From Thalia democratica (taxonomy: Eukaryota): DNA of 64,000 bases. Under the pieces are notes generated by a model. It saw nothing but the letters and a program-made list of their open reading frames with translations. It was not told where the DNA came from and made no database searches. Of the stretch, positions 24,521-40,574 are shown piece by piece; positions within the stretch are counted from its first letter, which is position 1, and the number at the start of each line of letters is the position of its first letter. Location of the stretch: contig OZ241828.1 of the NCBI GenBank assembly GCA_965202585.1, positions 38,130,001 through 38,194,000 of the forward strand. Reading direction: 5' to 3'. The translations under genes and the position numbers were made by a program.

Positions 24521-26481
24521 AGACAGAGCTGCGGTTCGCAAAAGAAAGAGGCTCTAACATGCCGACGCAACAACAGAGCTTTCTATAAAAGCACAATGAA
24601 GCAGCCCGTGGCTTTCCTACTTTTCTTGCCGTCATTCTCTCTTCTCTGTTATACACATGTCCCTTTTAAATTTTGCGATTGCTTCGGTTAATCATTGAAC
24701 ACACGCGTTTTCGTGCTCCTTTTCTTTTATTCCGTTGGCGTAGTTTTGATTGAGATAAATTTCAGTTGTAGTACGAGCTTGCAAACTGTTTCAAACAAAA
24801 TTATAGAAATTGTAAAAGTTGAAACAGTAACTGGCGCAAAGATTATAAAATAAATCTCCATCATAAAAAAAAAACCACTACTTGCTTAAAAAAAAAGTAA
24901 ACGGTTATAAACGGTTGTTTTTATTTTTACTCTCATTTTATAAAACTAATATCAAACCTGTAATTTCAAACTTTTAAAAAAGCTTAAACTGACAAAACGT
25001 ATAAGATAAAAAAGAATAAATCAATAAAAACATAAAATATTTAAGCCAAAAAAAAGTTTTAGTTTAGTTTAAAGCAACTACAACACTTTTCTGTATTAAT
25101 TGTTTCTCAAGTAATTTGTAAACTCACTTGAACAAATAAAACATAAAATCATGACTAATTTCATGTTTTTAATTTTTAAAGTTGTGAAATACACAATTTT
25201 AAGAGATTTTTCTCTTTTGAAAATATTTATTTGATAAATAAACAAATTAATTTATAATAGTTTTCCTACACTTAAAAAAATTATACATAAAAGGAAATAA
25301 ATTTGCCTAGTTATAAAAATAGCAATATAAATTGCAAAAGATGTTGATACTTATTATGACTCAGTGAGTTTATTTATTTTTTTATGATACTAACCATTTC
25401 ATTGAAATTTTTATAATTAGATTTACTGAAAAAAAAAATATTTGATATAAAAATTTTTAGACAAATAGGTTCATGATAGTTTACATTAGTAACTTTTGAT
25501 TAGTAACAAATTGTGGAGATGATTCATATAATATAACGTAATTACTAATAAAACAAAGCTTTAATAAGTTTTTCTTTATAAATTTGTTGCAGTTTTTTAA
25601 AACGTTTTACTTTTTACAATTTTCTACTTGTGTTTTCAACTCTTTAAATTAAAAACTTTTTTTTCTAAATTTTTGATCAACCAATATCTAAACTATTACA
25701 TGTTTATTATATTTACACTTAATATAAGTGAAAAATAGCTAAAAGACATAAAAATAATTGTTTTTTTTACTCTGAAAAAAATAACTGAGTCGGTTACAAC
25801 TTTATCTTTGTAGTTGTACACTTAATAATGAGCAGAAAACCGTATTTATCTATCACTTTTAAAACCTCATCTTTTTTGTATTATCTTTATAAAAAAGGCT
25901 ACAGCTTATTTTTCACATGTCTAGTTTTGTTATTAAAAATAGTTATAAGTATAAGTATTTTTGAAAACTAAAGCAAACTATACAAAAAGCTGTTTAAGTA
26001 TAACTTTTCACACATTTGTGCTACTATCACAATAATAAAACAAATTACTTATTATCAACAAAAATTGATAAGAAGTAAAGCTCGACTATAGTGTGACTAA
26101 GATTATAGTTTAAGTTTTTAAGGTAGGCGTTTCCTATTAAATGTTAGAAAAGTTCTGCCTACTGATTACTTTTATAAAAAAAAAACTATGACACGTTAAA
26201 AGTTAAAAACTAATATTTTTTATATGGTTTCAAAATCAATTTTACATAAACAAACGACTAAAAAAAAGTTGCTATAACTATACGATCTTTGTAAACTTTT
26301 TTTTGAAGTTTCAGTCGTTAAACTGTATAGAAACATTTTTTATTATTTAAGTCAAAAGATTCAGTAACAAAATTTTAAAAGTAAGCTTACAAAAATATAT
26401 TTTATGCTTTTACTCTATTTTAGCTTTTATAATAAGCCTTACAATACTAGGTATTAGGTAATAATAACAACAAATAACAAC

Positions 26482-26839
26482 TAGAGTGGGCAACGTACGG
26501 CCCGCGGGCCAGATCCGAATCGCCAATGATACATTTGGACCATGAAAAGTAAAACTGCGGCCCGCGAGCATTTAAATCTGGTCAGCTAAACCAAATATCA
26601 AATTTTAAACTATATTTCCTGAGGTTTTAATGAAAAGCAAAAAAAAAGTTGGTACGACTTACGTGAGGTTTAAAACTTACACTAGTATAAAAAAAAGTCG
26701 TATTAATTATGTTTTTTTGTCGAAATAAACTGGATTATTGAGTAATTTTCGTGAATTTTAAGAAACTGAAATGCTCCGATTCGCCAAAAAGTAAACTTTT
26801 CTACATCTAGACCGCCAAAAAAAACGTTGTCCTCCCCTT
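26482..26839. mobile_element. hAT-type MITE
   Basis: Left tagagtgggcaacgt and right acgttgtcctcccct form an imperfect TIR; internal cggcccgcgggcc and gcggcccgcga motifs. Confidence 0.65.
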
Positions 26840-29800
26840 ATTAAGCGTTTATGTTGGCCTATAGTTTCTAAAAACAGTTAAGTTTTACCACTGAGTATTT
26901 TGTAAGTTAGTTACTAAAGTTTTTATTTCTACAAATTTTAAGCTTAAAGTAAGCTCGAAAAAATGTTTATTAAATTTTTTATAACTAAATTCGAATGAAT
27001 CTTGCTTTTTACTTCTATAAAGAATTTTTTTAAGTTTTTTCTATGTTTTCTACTTTGAAGTTAATGTTTTCATCATTAATGTAACAAAAGAACACAAAAC
27101 TTAGATTTTGTTATTTAAAAGAAAATAATTTTAGACTAAAATAGTTTTTGCCTTCTTAGCAGGTGAAAGTCCAATAAGTGTAGAACCTAAATCAAAGTAT
27201 TGGAACATTCTTAACTTCATGTAAACAAAAAAAAAGAGTTCAAAAAACTGAGTAAAAACGTTTAGGGTTAGATGATCTGACGATTAGAAAACTGTTTTAT
27301 AGACCTAGATTTTATATTCACATCTTTGTACTATATTATGAGAAAACATGATGGTACTTTTTTTTAAAGTAAAATAAACAGCATGATGCAAACGTTACTA
27401 CTAAGTTTTAGTAGCTGTATAACTGTGGTAAGTTATTTGGCAACAATCTTTAAAAAATAATTACTAGCTTTATAAAAGTTACTAGAATTAACTTAATTTC
27501 AAACACTTTAATCTCAAACACAAGCACAAAGTTTTTACTTTTTGATTCGTGATTCAGTTTTTTCGTTTCTAGCTTTCAGTTGTTTGAAAAAATTTTTGCA
27601 TCACCTATCAAACTTCTGAATAAAAAAAAAACTTGATAATGTTATACTTGATGATTTTTCAAAATTGAATTACTTTTTAAGACTCTCGTTTATTAAAACA
27701 ATAATTAATATAGCAAAACTACCTAAAAAAGGTTCTTTAAAAATCTTTTAATAAAACTTGTACAGCAAGTAATCAAAAAACAAATTAGGAACTGTTTCTT
27801 TTTTTTGAATAATAAGAGCACAAAGTTTTTTTTATAGCTTTTACAATAAAAACAGATCATGAACCTTTACTATCTAAATTTTTATTAATATTTAAAACCT
27901 AACTTGTAAAAAAGCTTTGAATTATAAAGTTCAATAAACTATTATACAAATTATGTTACTGAAAAAATTTACCTAATACAACCTAATTAAGAAAAAAGAA
28001 AACTTAAACTTCCTAATTACATCATTGCTAGCAAGTTTTTATTTTCATTCTTAAGTAGTTGTACATTTTAAACAGTTAGAGGACAGTCACTAACCTAATT
28101 ATTTCAACTACTCGTCACCGCAAAGTTATTTTAAAAAGAAAATTGACTTACTTTAATAGTTTTAATAAAGCAATGTTAAACATTGCAAACGAAACTGCTA
28201 ACAAAAGGTAGTAAACTAAAAGATATAAGTAAAGTGTAAAAATAACCTTAACAAATAACATTCAGGTGAATAAAGATATCATAGCTTTATTTAGTTGCAA
28301 AACTTTACATATTTTAAAAGGTTAAAACAGTTTTACATTTTACAAAAAAGCTCTTATTAAAGCTATACTTTAAACATGTAACTTACTAAGTGTTTATAGT
28401 AACAAAAACTAACATATTGACTGACTTAAACTGATAGTAAAAAAAACAAATTTTTTTTTACAAAACCATTGTTTAATGATTTAGTTTCTTTATGAATACT
28501 GTTTGTAATTCAACTACTTGAAAATATTACTTATTTGACAAAATCTATCTTTTATCTGTCTTTAATCGTTTAATATCTGTCTTTAATCGTTTTACTATTG
28601 TAAAAAAATATTAATCTATTTTTTACTGTTTACTGCTTAATTTATAGTATCTGCCTTTAAAATATGTCTTTAATCGTTTTAATATTGTAAACAATTATTA
28701 ATTTATTTTTTATTTTTTACATAGAAGAACAAACAAGTTATTGAAATCTAAAAAATGAAGTATTAAAACAACTCAATAAACTGAAAACTAGCAACAAAAA
28801 TGTTTTTTAAATACTGTTAAACAAAAAAGTTCAAAACATTTAATTCTAACGCTTGTAGTATATTACTAATTGCTGTAAAATTTAACTTATTTACAAAAAT
28901 TTTATTCTGAAATAACTTGATTAAACTTTACTTCATCAAATTTTGTACTATAAATTGCAAAATTAAACAAAGTTATACAAACAATAACGTGTTGAAGCGT
29001 TAACAAGTTAATTGATAACTAATCTAATAACAAATTGTTTTATAAAATCTTCAAGCAGAAACACGGAAGTATATTTCGAAGCTATTATTAAGTTTAATTA
29101 AAGTAATAAAGTTAACTATATAAACGTTTTTTACTTATAGAATAATTTCAAACAAAAACTATTTATTTGAAATACACAGTAAAAAATACAAAATAGTCAA
29201 AGAAAAAAAAAAATTTACGTAAAGGACGAGTTTTCAATTCTGTATGTGACTTTTAAATTATTAGCTTATTTTTAGAAAAAACTCTTTCAATAAGTGTTTT
29301 AATGTTTACTCAGAAAATTAAACATAATTGTCTAATATAGTTCATAAATACGTGATTTCTTGTTTAAGATATTCATTTTTTCAATATAAGTTTGTTTAAA
29401 AAAAAAAGTAAAAACTGTTATTCAATAATACCATATTAGTTTAAAATATACAAACCATTAAAAGAGTCAACTTATGCTACGGCTAGGTAATTTATCTAGC
29501 CGGCAAGATATATTTATGTTTACTACGAATCGAATTCTTTAGACATTGACTTTTGCAGACTGCTTTACTTTGGTAAAATTGAAGAAAAAAAAACTAATAT
29601 TTTAAGCACAAATGTATAAAAGTGTAGCCATTAGTGATAGAACCACAGTTTAATTTAAATTCAATATATCTAATAGTTGTAAACTTTTACTTGAATATTG
29701 TTTCATTTTATGTATAGTACAAACTTTTATAAGATTATTTATAAGTGGGAAAAACTTCGGGGTTTCTAGTTTTAAGATAGACCTTTTTACTTTATTGGTC

Positions 29801-30384
29801 GAAACATAAATAAGCTGAATTCGTATATATTTACACTGTTTTACCATATAATAGTGTATACTTAAAATTAAAAAAAAAACTATTATAGTTGTAAGAGTAT
29901 GTCTTTAAAAGTACTACTATATTTCAAGATATAAAACATCAGTACACCCTTAAGACATGAAGAATTTTTAATACTGAAGTATCGTTTAAGTTTTTTGATA
30001 TATAATCCAACTAAAATATTCTAAAAACTACAATACTATTATTATTTTAAATATCAGCAGTTAAACTTTTTTGAAAATTCAAATGCTTTCATACCTTCTG
30101 ATGAAAAGTACGTTGCGTTTTACAGCTAATAACACAGTATGAACATTCGGACCTGATAAAAAACAAAAAATGTATAACAAACATTTAATAGAATTAAAAG
30201 ACAAGTTATATACGTAGTTTAAAATATGTTCCTTGAACGTAATTAATTTTTATTTTGAACCTAATTTAACTAAAGCGATATCAATAAAATTTCAAATTTT
30301 TTATACTTATAAATAAGTTTTTTTAAATTAGTATTTTTTAGTTACACATAATTCAAAACTGCAAAAATGGTGCCTTAAAAAAGT

Positions 30385-30915
30385 GATGACATGTGCGAAA
30401 CTAAGACCTACGCAAAAGTGACAATTCATGCAAAAGTCACGAAGTGCAAAAGTGACAATTCATGCAAAAAATAACCCGTGCAAAAGTGACAACTCGTGTA
30501 AAAATTAAAACTATTCAGTTTTTTATAAAACCTTCTAAGGCCTCATATCTAGAATTTGTTATAAAAAAGTCATGTAAGTATAACTAATAGTTTATTAACA
30601 TTTGCTATATTTATATGTTTGTAAAATAAAATTAAAAATTCGGAATTACTAAAAATAGCCATATATATGTAAGTTTTAAAACTTTTTTAAGTCATATCTT
30701 AAACAATAGCTTTCTATATAAATATATAAATGTAATTTTTTATATAGCTCTAATTAATACAATGATGATGGTAGATAAATTTAAAAAATTAAGGTCTTTT
30801 AAAATAAGAATTATCGGAATTAGAAGTGTCAAAGTTTTAATTTTCGTGTACCGCAGAATGCAAATGTGTCATTTTTGGAAAAGTATCAGTCGTGTAAAAG
30901 TGACAACGTACATAC
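30385..30915. repeat. Relic arm of the GCAAAAGTGAC-repeat foldback family
   Basis: Several gcaaaagtgac(aa) units at 30410-30500 and a further unit near 30890-30905, the same unit as the 41589-42166 arms. Confidence 0.6.
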
Positions 30916-33900
30916 TTGGCCCTTTCCCATTTTGGTATTGTAGTTTTTGTACAATTATTGGCTTAAAACAATGTCTAGCTCACTACATAAAGCTTTAGAA
31001 AATACTCCTGTAGATATAATATATGAATTAGTTTCGTTTTGATTAAGAGATAGATGCTTTGTGAACAGCTTATAGTAAACACGTCTACTAAACGGGCAAA
31101 ATAGGTATTTTCTACAGTTTTAATTTTTTTCAGTCATACTTTATTTCTTCACGACTTTGTGTGTATGCAATTAAGTTACGATTTTAATGTTTATAATACA
31201 TCTGTATTAATGGTTTTTATGTAAAATGTATTACTTGTTATGGAACGTTTTGAAAAATATAGTTTTACTTATTAAAGGAATCCTTACAGTAGATGCTGTA
31301 GTACGGAAGGGATCTACGTTCCAAAAGAAATGAATATCAGACACTAATAAAATTCACACTTCCAAGGAACTAATTGTACCTTATGACAAAACTATAAGCT
31401 TATGCTTCTTTGACAAAGTATAATGTACGAGTAAAATATTAGCACAAATGTACGAAAACTACTTCTAACAGTTTAGTTCAATATAAATAACAAGGTTCAA
31501 ACCGTTTTTAATGACTTTAAGACTAAAGCAAGAGTAAACAAATGAGAAATACATGGGCATTCATAACTATAAAAAATTCCTAAAAGTTTTGTCTTTATAA
31601 AGTTAAAATTAGAATATTAAATACAAACAAGTCAGACTTGGAAAAGAGAGCAAAGTAATTTAGATGTTAGGCAAAAGTCCTACTTGATTCGATTGCAAAC
31701 CTTTGCAGAAGTAGTCCACTAGTTCAAAAAAAAAATTAATAAACAAAAGCCTATGACATTCTTAAAGTTCCATAACATTAAGTTTTACCGTTTTAAATGT
31801 AATGAAGTTAACAATGCACCACTACAGAAGTTGGCAGTGTTTTTGAAGAGGCGGCTAGATTTACTGAAAATATTTCTCTGTAAACTACGTTAAAAAGAAG
31901 AAATCTTTGCGAACAACAGCGTTCTGAAAATTCTTACTTTAAATGATATAAAAATAGTTTAATTTTTATTTATTTACTGTTTAATGAAATAAACATAAAA
32001 TAGGCAGCGTTTCAGTCACAAACAGGGGTGTCGCGTGGGGTGGCACACTGGAGCTGTTGTTTCACCTAGTCAAAAAAAAAGAAGAAAAACGAAATTTTAC
32101 ATTAAATTCAGAATTTTTGCTTGTTTGCATTGAATCTAATGATAAAACTGTTTGTTTTTTAGGTTTTACAACTAGTTTTCAAATATTCGGTAAGTTGGAG
32201 CTGCAAGCTCGACCTGTGTCAAATGCGTTTTAATCATATTCATATGTTCCATACAAAAAAATTGTTAAAAAGCTTAACTATGGAGCTGCATGAACTGCAG
32301 CACTATGTGAATTAAAAAATATAGTTTTCGAAAATCATACATTGAAAAATGTACTGAATGTAAACAAACTGAATATACTGAATGTAAATCTTACTTTCTG
32401 AGTTGAATGTTGCATGATTAGAACCCAGTGGACAACATGTATACAAAATAAAATTATTGTTACAACCAAAGCCAAATGTTAAAATAAGTTCTTAAAAGTT
32501 CAAATGTTAAAACAATTTCTTGTTAAAAATTACAAAACTTTATAGTTTTGTGTGTGTCTCATTGACAATTCTTTTAGTAATTGTTCATGAAAAAATTAAC
32601 CACCTTGTTCACATGTTATTGTTTTTTTTAAATCAGAATACCTTAATTAGCATATTAGTACCTTTTTATTTATTTGTTAAAAATTTGAACTTCAATCTAG
32701 TTTACTATTTGTTTTTCAACTGGAAAAGCACAAGAGAAAACTTTTTGTTTGGCGGACTGCAGCTTGCGAATCCCATTTTACTATTATATGCTAAATGCTA
32801 ACCTTATTTTGCAAATATAATGAAAATGTCACTCTTCTTTTAGTAACTTTTTTAAATGATCCCAATGGCTCTAAATGGATTAAAGCAAGTAATGACATGT
32901 TCGAAGGACTATGGGTTACATAAGACCCAAAAATGTGACTAAAGCTGTTTTTTCATTTGATACTTAGAAAGTACTACTTCTAACGGTGACGATGGTATAA
33001 CCATCTGACCTAATACAATTATAACTGGTCTAGTGTCATTATAACCTTCAGGTCTAATATGGGTATGAGGGGTAAAGGTCATGTTAAGTTAGATGAGCAA
33101 AAGTTAAATGTTATGATATTATTAATGCGCTTCTAAAAATTAAGTAATTGTATGAATACTATTTAGTTCAAAAGTTGATGAATCGGCTTATAATAAATTG
33201 TTATAAGGTCTTTGCGGCAAAATCCATATAAATCAAAATACCTTAAGAGTAAGTACTTAAAAACTTTAATAGTATAAGAAAACTCGAAAACTAATAAAGT
33301 TAGTTTCCAACCTAGTTAAAAACTGATTTTAACTTGAACAAAGTATATGTTACAATTAATTTCAGAACAAGTAAAACACAAACAAAATATTTATTTCTAT
33401 TTTTTGATTAAAAATAGTAACTAAGACAAAATAGTTACGTTACAGCAAAGTTTAAACAAGTACAATACACACGAAAATTCATTACTACTTTTTAAAACTG
33501 AAAACAAAAAATAAAAAGTATGTTACAACTACTTTCAAAACAAATAAAAACGTAAAAAACAAGTAATTACTATTTTTATAGCGGCTATATAAAACTACAA
33601 GAAAACCACTAACTTTGACAACAACTAGAAGTAAATGAACACTCACTATGAATTAGACTCGGACAAGAATTGACATAAAACGTTCCGAATATAGTTAGGA
33701 AACTGCTAAGTTATTTGAACTTGAACGATTTAAAGGTGATGTGACTATCAGGAAAACAACTTCGAAATCAAAGAATGAGGCAGACAACGTAGTGAAGGAA
33801 AAAGACACAATGACTTTGTTTCTTAGAAATTTGTAATTTTGACTTCTAAAGCGTCAAAAGCCCGGAAACTTTGACTTGGATGTCGAAAAGCCGCCTACAG

Positions 33901-36900
33901 ACTCAAATAACACGAAAAAAGCCCTCATTCAGCAAAACTCGTGTTTATATGCAAAAATTATTCAAGAAAATTTGCTTTTATTTCGGGGAAAATTTCTATT
34001 TGCGCGGAAACTTCCTATACTGTAATTAAGTACTTATGTAACACACCTTTCAAGACTAGAAGGTGTCACATTTTAATATGATAGTGAATACTCGAAAGAA
34101 TATTTGCTTATCAAAGGTGGGGACACTGTCCTTACAATGGATTAGCAGTTTTTTTTTAATCCTAAAAATATTACCAATTTAAAAAGTTTAAGAAATACTT
34201 TTGAAATTTGTGGTTTTTAACTTTGTTTATAAATTGAAAATGAAGTTTGTTTTTACTTCAAATAAAAGATCTATTATTTGATTAAAACTGCTATTCAAAT
34301 AATTGTTGTTTAAGATAATAGAATAAACAAACAAATTATAGAAATACTTAAGGCTTAAATACTATACTCTAAAAATTAAGTATCAAATAAACAGAGATAG
34401 TTAAGTTAATAATAGAAAATACCAGACCAGCACAATTTACACGAAAAAATCGAAATAGTAAATGTTTACCTAACAAGTTTATTATTTTTTTTTATTCTTC
34501 GATTCTGGATTTTTTTAGAAATAAAAAAAGAATTTTCGAGACATCAAAAAAACGTTCAATTAAAAGAATAGCATTAAGTCTACCAAAAAATAAACTTTCT
34601 TCATACGGAAAACCTAAAAAAATCGCATCAAGTTTATTCTATAACAGTAAAAGTTTTATTCATAAATTGATTCTTTTTTAGTATTTATTGAAACGGTAGA
34701 AGCACTAATTATTAAATATAACTTTCTTTGATATGCTTCCCCTAAGACAAATAGTAATTTTTTGTAAAATTAATTACTAAAGTTTAATAGACTTAATAAA
34801 GTTAATAATAAGATAAAACTAAAGCTGAACAAAAAATAGGAAGCAAAATATAGATAGAGTTAACTAGTTGAACAAGAACTAAAGTTTAACACTTTTGGTA
34901 GGATTTGCTATTCACACTACTAAACTAGAAAAAAAACTTTGATTATTTTTCTTACATGCTCAATCATTATCTTACTTTACTTTTAAACTAGTTTATTATT
35001 CTTAGTCTTTAATGTACCAAAAGATAAATTCAGACATAAAATTTTACTAATCTTCTTCAAAAAATTACATTAATCTTAAAAAAACTATAAAAAATTAGTT
35101 TAATTAATAGATATAATTAAATCTTCAATAAAAAGGGATACATTTTGAGCACCAATTTCTTAGGTATGATGATCACAAATGTTGTTATTAACAACTGAAG
35201 AATACACAAGTAGTTACAAATGTTAATGCTTAATAATCAGAAATATATTGAAAAAATAATTGGAATTTTTTTTGTACTAAATGTTATGTTGTTTTTAAAG
35301 AGTTGGATTTTAATGTACTTTCTTTAATCCTTAACAACCATAGTTTTTAAATAGATAAGATTTATAAAAAAGAAGCTTTATTAAATTTTTGTTATACAAA
35401 AACATGTTAAATAACAGATGACTAAAAACATACTGAATATGCATTTGTATAAATTTTCTGTTCATCTTTAAGTAATCAAACAAGTAATTTAAGTTAAGAA
35501 AACTAAGAAAAATGTTTTACTTTATTCTTTTTAAAAACTTTTCGAAAACTTGTTAGGGATTCAGTACTGTAAGTAAGGACTAATTTATTTATCAGATAGT
35601 CGTAAACTGAAAATGATATAATAATATTTCATTTTTACAAAATGTTTATAACAACGAAAATAAGAATGCTAAAACATTAAAACTTTTAAGTCGGCAGCGC
35701 TAAAAAACAGTAACATAAACCATTAACTAACTGATTGTAAAGCCTAATTTTTATTACTATAACTATTATAAAACAGTCTGTTATTAGTAAACGAGCAGCT
35801 ATAACTTAAGAATTACTATAAAGTCTTTGGTAAATTTAAATGTTTAAAAAAACATTATAAACAAGACTGTCGTATTGCTGTGTTTTAACTTTTAAATATA
35901 TAACAAACAGTATTGATGGAAATGAAAGGTAAATGGAGGGGAAATTCTAATCAGACACAACTAAAGTGTAAAAACAAACTGCTCAAGAAAGTTTTCAGGT
36001 TTCAACATAAATATTATCTACAGTGTTAGATTAAATTATTGCTGTACAAACGAATAGAAGTATATAAAAAAAATAAAACAAAATATTGAACAACAACAAA
36101 AAGTTCTTTACTTAGATTGTCAAACTCATTCTAAAAACTGTATACTTAATTTGTCAAGTATCTACTGAAGCTTCTGAATAATAATTGAGTTGTTATAACA
36201 AAAATTAAAGCTAGTAAACTACACAAAAAGAAGTATTTCTAATTATGCATAAAAAATGCACTTGTAACAAAGTTCAGAGCCTAAACTTTTATTGCAGTCT
36301 TTATAGCTGTAAAAAACGAAATTTAACTCATTAGTTTCTCTTTTATCTTAATTGCTTAGTTCAGTCTTGGGCAAGTTCAACTGTTTTATTATGGTATTTT
36401 AAGGTTTACATTACAAAAAAGAGATAATAAGTACAGTAAGATTACTAATATAAAAATTGACACTATCTTACTGCTTAAAACATTATATTTTCCATAAAAT
36501 AAGTCTATAAGTACTTTTAATTAGATTAAAAAAAAGCCTAAAGATTAAGTTTAGTTAGTTAATCTAAAAACGTAATATGTCTTATGAAATAATACGTACT
36601 TATGAACTAATAATATAGAAAATGACTTTAAGTCATAGCGTTTTAAAATAATCTATAGACTACTTATTTTTTCAAACAATTGATGCACTGTACTGTATAA
36701 AAAAAAAACAAAACTTAAAGATTTACTTAAAAGTAAAAATCTTATTTTATGATAAACCTTTTCATTTTAAAATTAAGTTGATAAATCCACAAGTCAAGTA
36801 TTTTTACTAGTATAAGAAAATAATTACCTTTGTAAACTCAAATAACAGCAGACTTAAATGAAATCGAAAATATACCATGTTATTTCAATATGAAAATTAT

Positions 36901-39900
36901 CTCATGGTAAAAAATGTAATAATTTTGATATTGACTTAGTATTTAAAAAAGGTTTTAACTTTCTTTTACTTGTAAAGTTTTCTTTTCTCTTATACATTCT
37001 AATTAACTGTTTTATTTTATGTCTTGAAAAAGTAAAAACTATATCTCAATCAAAGCTGTAGGATTTTTCTTAAATAAAAATAAGTTTATTAAGTTCATTT
37101 TGTTTAAAAATTATTTATACGATAAAAAAAAACCGTTATTAACACATTTAAATAAAACTATTCAACATGTAACAATCTTACATACTTCGAACTTGTTATA
37201 CTTTGATCCTTAGAAAAAGATTAAGCGAAGCGGATGTAGTTAAGCAAGATATTCGAGCTAAAACAAAATTCATTTATTTTTTTTTTTTAATAAAACGAAA
37301 ATAAGGCCTGAACTTATGCTTTTAAAGCAAAGTTGTCAAATTTTTTAAATTCGAACGTGTATGTTAAATGTGGAAAGTTCTCTTTAAAGTAATAAACCAT
37401 AGCTTTTTGATGCAAATTGTATTTTCATAAAGTTAAATAACAACTAGCATTTACATAGGAGCTTATAGAATATGACGGTTAATAGTTTACGATTAGTAAT
37501 AATTTAAACATTAAGAGTTTTCAACTTTAGTTTTACCAAGGAGAACACAAATTTAATTTTTCAAAAACTTTTTCCAATAAAATATTGATTTGTATTTAAT
37601 TGATTTGTATTTAATTAATCTTAAATTGTTTTCTGTTTTCATAAAATGTAAAGTTTAACATAGCCCATTACGTATCTATATATGTAATATCTTTTAATGA
37701 AATAGTTATTCATCAACCATTTCAATAATTTAAGTTCTCTTTTTATGAGCTTAGTTTAAAGTCTACTTAAGTTTTTCAAATATAAATTTATAACTTAGAT
37801 TTCAATCTTTGTTTAATTTTATGTAAAAGTCTTAATTTAGCTTTAAAATTTAAGTTTCTATCGAAGTTAAAAGTATTCAAAGATGATGAAAACTACTAAC
37901 TGATTTTGAAATGCTAAGTAACTAAGCTCTCTATATAGTAAATTTTCATTGTTTTTTGTATTTAATTTTGTGTGGTCATCGTGGCTATACATTAGAAATG
38001 ATTGTAAATAAATAAACTCACCTAAAAAAGGTATTTTTTTATGTTTTAGTAATAGAGATAGTTTTAAAAGGTTGGTTCTATTCTTACTTAGAGTAAATTC
38101 GTACACAGTTTCGGAGTAATATTTTTTTTGTAGATCATAAGGTTGTTTTTAATAACATTTAGTTCTTTGATATGTTTTTTAAGTATAAACTATTATATAA
38201 CCCACTAAGTAAAATTCCTTTTGCCTTAACATCAGCTTTTACGCATATTTAATTTTGCAAAAATTTCTAGCAACTGACGATTACGATAGTCGGAAATAGT
38301 GAAATATATTAGTTTTAAACACCTAAATTCATAAAGTATAACGTCTAATAACTTTATAAAGAAATTGTGTTCATACATGTACATAATAATACTTATTTAC
38401 CTTACTGTTTCAAGATTAGTATTTTTAACTTTGTTTAGTTTTAGAAAAAATCAAGCACAATTTTAGTTTACTTTTCTTAATTTTTCTGATTACAGTCACT
38501 AACAAATTTTTTAATGTGATTAAGTATACCTAGACTTAAAATAATTGCATCTTTATTATTAGCAACAGCAATTTGTCATATTTTTAATCGTTTTTTAAAT
38601 TTACTTAGGAATTAAATTTATAATTAGGGTGAAAAGTTTTTACTAAATATACTGTAGTTTTCTAAGGCTATGTCCATGACAATCTATTATTAATTCTTAA
38701 AGTATAAAAGTTTAATACTCTCGAAGTCAAGCTTGAGATCTTTATTTGCAATATGATTATCTTCAACTGTATAAAAATATATTTATGATAAAAGATGCCT
38801 ACAAACTTCTTTGATATTTTAGAAAATCTCTTAATAGTGCTTAATATTTTAATGATTTGTTATTGTGTTATCGGTGACTCACAGTTTTAATCACGAAGAT
38901 AGTTTAGTTTACTTAATAGTTTAAGTTCGGATTTTTTATAAAGAAATCATATTTATATTTAAAACGAAAAAAATTAGAATAGTTATTTTGTGTAGCAAAA
39001 TAAAAAGCTTTACAACATTTTATACAAACTTATCAAATAGATAAACAATCAAATACTTGAATAACCAATTAATACTTAGGTGATTCGTATATATAGCTAC
39101 AGATTATAAGATTTCTGAATTTGTAAACATTATCTTAAAAAAAACAACTGTTAGAGTGATGACTTGAATATATTTTACACGAGTACAAGCATTTTTACAA
39201 AATAGTTTTCAGTGTTTTAATTTCTAGATATTGTAAAGTAGTAGAGATTCTGCTTAAAAAAGTTAAAAATTCAAAAGCAGGTTTTTTGTTAACCGTTTCT
39301 AAAGCTATATACAAGCGTTTTAATAAAACTTTTAAAATCCCGCCCCGTTCCCACTTTAATAAGTGACCTTTGATATCGAGTTTTAAGAATAGACAAAGAT
39401 TTAGTAGAGTTTAAAAATAGTTGAAAATTTGCAGTTTGCAAGTCATACAAGAGTTCATATTCAGGTATTTGTTCTTTCTGTGTACAATGAAAAACGATTC
39501 TTCTAAATGCAATCAACGATGGGCTCGTTGTTGTGCATGCAAGACGTCGTTATCTGAAAAATTTGTCGGTGTTATCGTTTTTAAGTTTTATAATTTAATT
39601 TTAAACCAGATGACAATCAAGAATTGTTAATGTTGATAAAAAAAGGAATAGAAAAAAAAGTTTACTGTTTTAAACAGCTAAATAGTTTTCTCATTGTGTC
39701 AATTTGCATTGCAAGCTTAACCTTGTTTAACATTAACTTTAACATTAGTAATACTAAAAACAGTAAGCTTCCCTTTCCCAGAAAAAATTTTAGTTTATCA
39801 TTATTTTTTTTCTAATATATAGCAGCACTTGGTTTAAACTATTAGTTTTGATCAAAGAGTTAAACTTGCATAACAAGCAAAAAACAAATTGTGATTCCAT

Positions 39901-40574
39901 AAAAATAAACCCAACAATTGTCAAAGGTTTGTCTGAGAACTTTTGTAGATAATTTAATTAGCTAAAAAAGTTCTGCTTTATGCAAGTACGTTAAAAATAA
40001 ATCTTTATTAGGACTTAGTTTTAAAATAAAAGAATTAGTTAGCTATTCTAACTTAAAATTTGAAATTACGTAGTTAGTTGACAAAACTACTCTTAGTCAA
40101 AATTATATTTTAGTATAAATCAAGTTAAGTGGAGATATACGAACAGAAACTACAAAAAAATGTTTGTCTTTAAAAGGTTAATTACTTGTATGTTTTATTC
40201 TAGACCATAACATTTCTAACGAACATATTTCGCTCCTACTACTGACTTAAATTTTATAACCAAAGTTGGTTACTTATAGTTATAAAAAACTGAGTGTGGA
40301 ATAATAGTATTTATAAAAAAATTAACCTAATTCGTTTTTGTAAAATTGTTAAGAAATTATGCTGCTATATTTTCTGTGTATAACAGTTAAGAGTTTACTT
40401 TTGAATACTCTACCTTATTCCTAAAAAAAATAAAAGCGTCGCTAAGATAAGTTGTATGAGGTTAAAATTAAACTCTAAGCATATAAGATAATAGTTCTAG
40501 AGTCTTTAGTTTTAGTCATGTGCAAACTTAGGTTACAGCTTTAGTTTAAAAGAATGTTATAGTTTAGCTAAGGT

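Noticed and set aside
30385-30510. Short repeated units as a CRISPR-like array
   Set aside because: Irregular degenerate 16-18-bp units without unique spacers, in a eukaryotic context with no cas genes; they match the foldback arms.
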